Origin: Eledone cirrhosa
Lineage: Eukaryota
DNA: 64,000 nt
Reading direction: 5' to 3'
NCBI GenBank assembly: GCA_964016885.1
Contig: CAXHJY010000151.1
Coordinates: 186,001 to 250,000, forward strand
In this document: positions 55,923-64,000 of the stretch, one piece after another
Layout of the letters: every line of letters begins with the position of its first letter
Position numbering within the stretch: position 1 is the first letter of the stretch
Notes under the pieces: generated by a model
Told to the model about the DNA's origin: nothing
The model's database searches: none
What the model saw: the letters and a program-made list of their open reading frames with translations, nothing else
Translations under genes and position numbers: made by a program

Positions 55923-56279
55923 TATAATGGAGAGAGAGAGAGAGTATAAGATATACAGAGAGAGGGAGTATAAGATATAGAGAGAGGGGAAACGGCCGAT
56001 GTTTACGTTGAGAAAACCTAATAAAATGTTATAAATGGGTTTATAAAGAATAGAATGAGATAAACAAGACAAAGTTAGATAAAATAAATCAGCTGTAAGG
56101 ATATTATACGATATATTTATAATATTTTAATATATTTTTCCTGGTCGTCTGCTGCCATTGATAGAGAGAGGAGTGGTGGGAGGTAGCCATAACAACCGTG
56201 GTAGCAGCACTGAGGTTTGTTTTTAAAGAAGTGAATACAAGAAAAACAAGCAACTAAGAATATTAATCTCTTAAACCCT

Positions 56280-56881
56280 TCAAGATGTGTATGACAAGAA
56301 AGAAGACGTTTTAGAGTCGTATGACATAGATGATAACTGGAAATTCTTACGTGACAACTTACTGCAGGCTACTGAAGAAACTTGTGGCTGGAGCAGAGCT
56401 CCGACCAGACAGAGAGTGACCTGGTGGTGGGACAACACGGTAGATAAGGCCATTAGAGACAAAAGACTAGCATGGAACACTTGAAAAAATGGTGGGAGTA
56501 GAGACCGATACACAGCTGCTAAGAGAGAAGCTAGACGTCAGATGTACTTAGCACGCACGGAGGCTGAGAGTAGGAGGTTTGCCAATGTTCTGTGATGGGA
56601 AGATCAGAGGCGTGCGGTGTTCCACATTGCAAGGCATGGTGTCAGTGTAAATCAGGATGTTGTTGGAGATAAGTGTATCCGGAATGATGCCAGTGTACTT
56701 GGTGTCACGAATGATCAAAAAAAGGAGGCCTGGAAATATCATTATGAGAGGCTGATGAATTGTGGAGAATGAATGGGAGAGAGGGAAACTATCCCCAGTA
56801 GACTCAACAGAGGGACCAGCTATTGAGATTGGGGAATATAGGGTACAAGAGGCAATTAAGGAAATGAAGAATGGCAAGGCT

Positions 56882-56882
<1 letters not shown>
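56280..56882 (+). pseudogene. RTE linker-region remnant
   Basis: NWKFLRDNLLQATEETCGW...TWWWDNTV and VQEAIKEMKNGKA; homologous to minus-strand 22600-22870. Confidence 0.75.

Positions 56883-64000
<7,118 letters not shown>

Overview
Eukaryotic, repeat-saturated heterochromatin-like DNA. The SINE, RTE and MITE families and the divergent rRNA pieces suggest a cephalopod such as Octopus (inference). No host protein-coding gene can be supported. Contents: (1) five near-identical copies of a ~6.5-kb composite segment made of TE remnants (1-12.9k tandem, 13.6-18.4k, 46.4-49.3k, 56.9-63.6k). (2) One CR1-clade LINE with an uninterrupted 921-codon endonuclease+RT ORF2 that has no usable AUG and overlaps ORF1 at a G_GGA_AAC slippery site; a second copy starts at the window end. 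(3) Decayed RTE, R4/Dong-like and CRE-like retroelement fragments. (4) A collapsed rDNA-derived cassette (ETS-like 169-bp repeats, 18S 5' end, a tandem array of short 18S+28S pieces joined at microhomologies, 28S 3' end) bracketed by outward-facing telomere-like tracts. (5) Two arrays of a 1584-bp higher-order satellite built from large inverted repeats, the first ending in a Helitron 3' terminus. Almost all ORFs in the supplied track are repeat artefacts. All alignments were made by eye, so boundaries are approximate.
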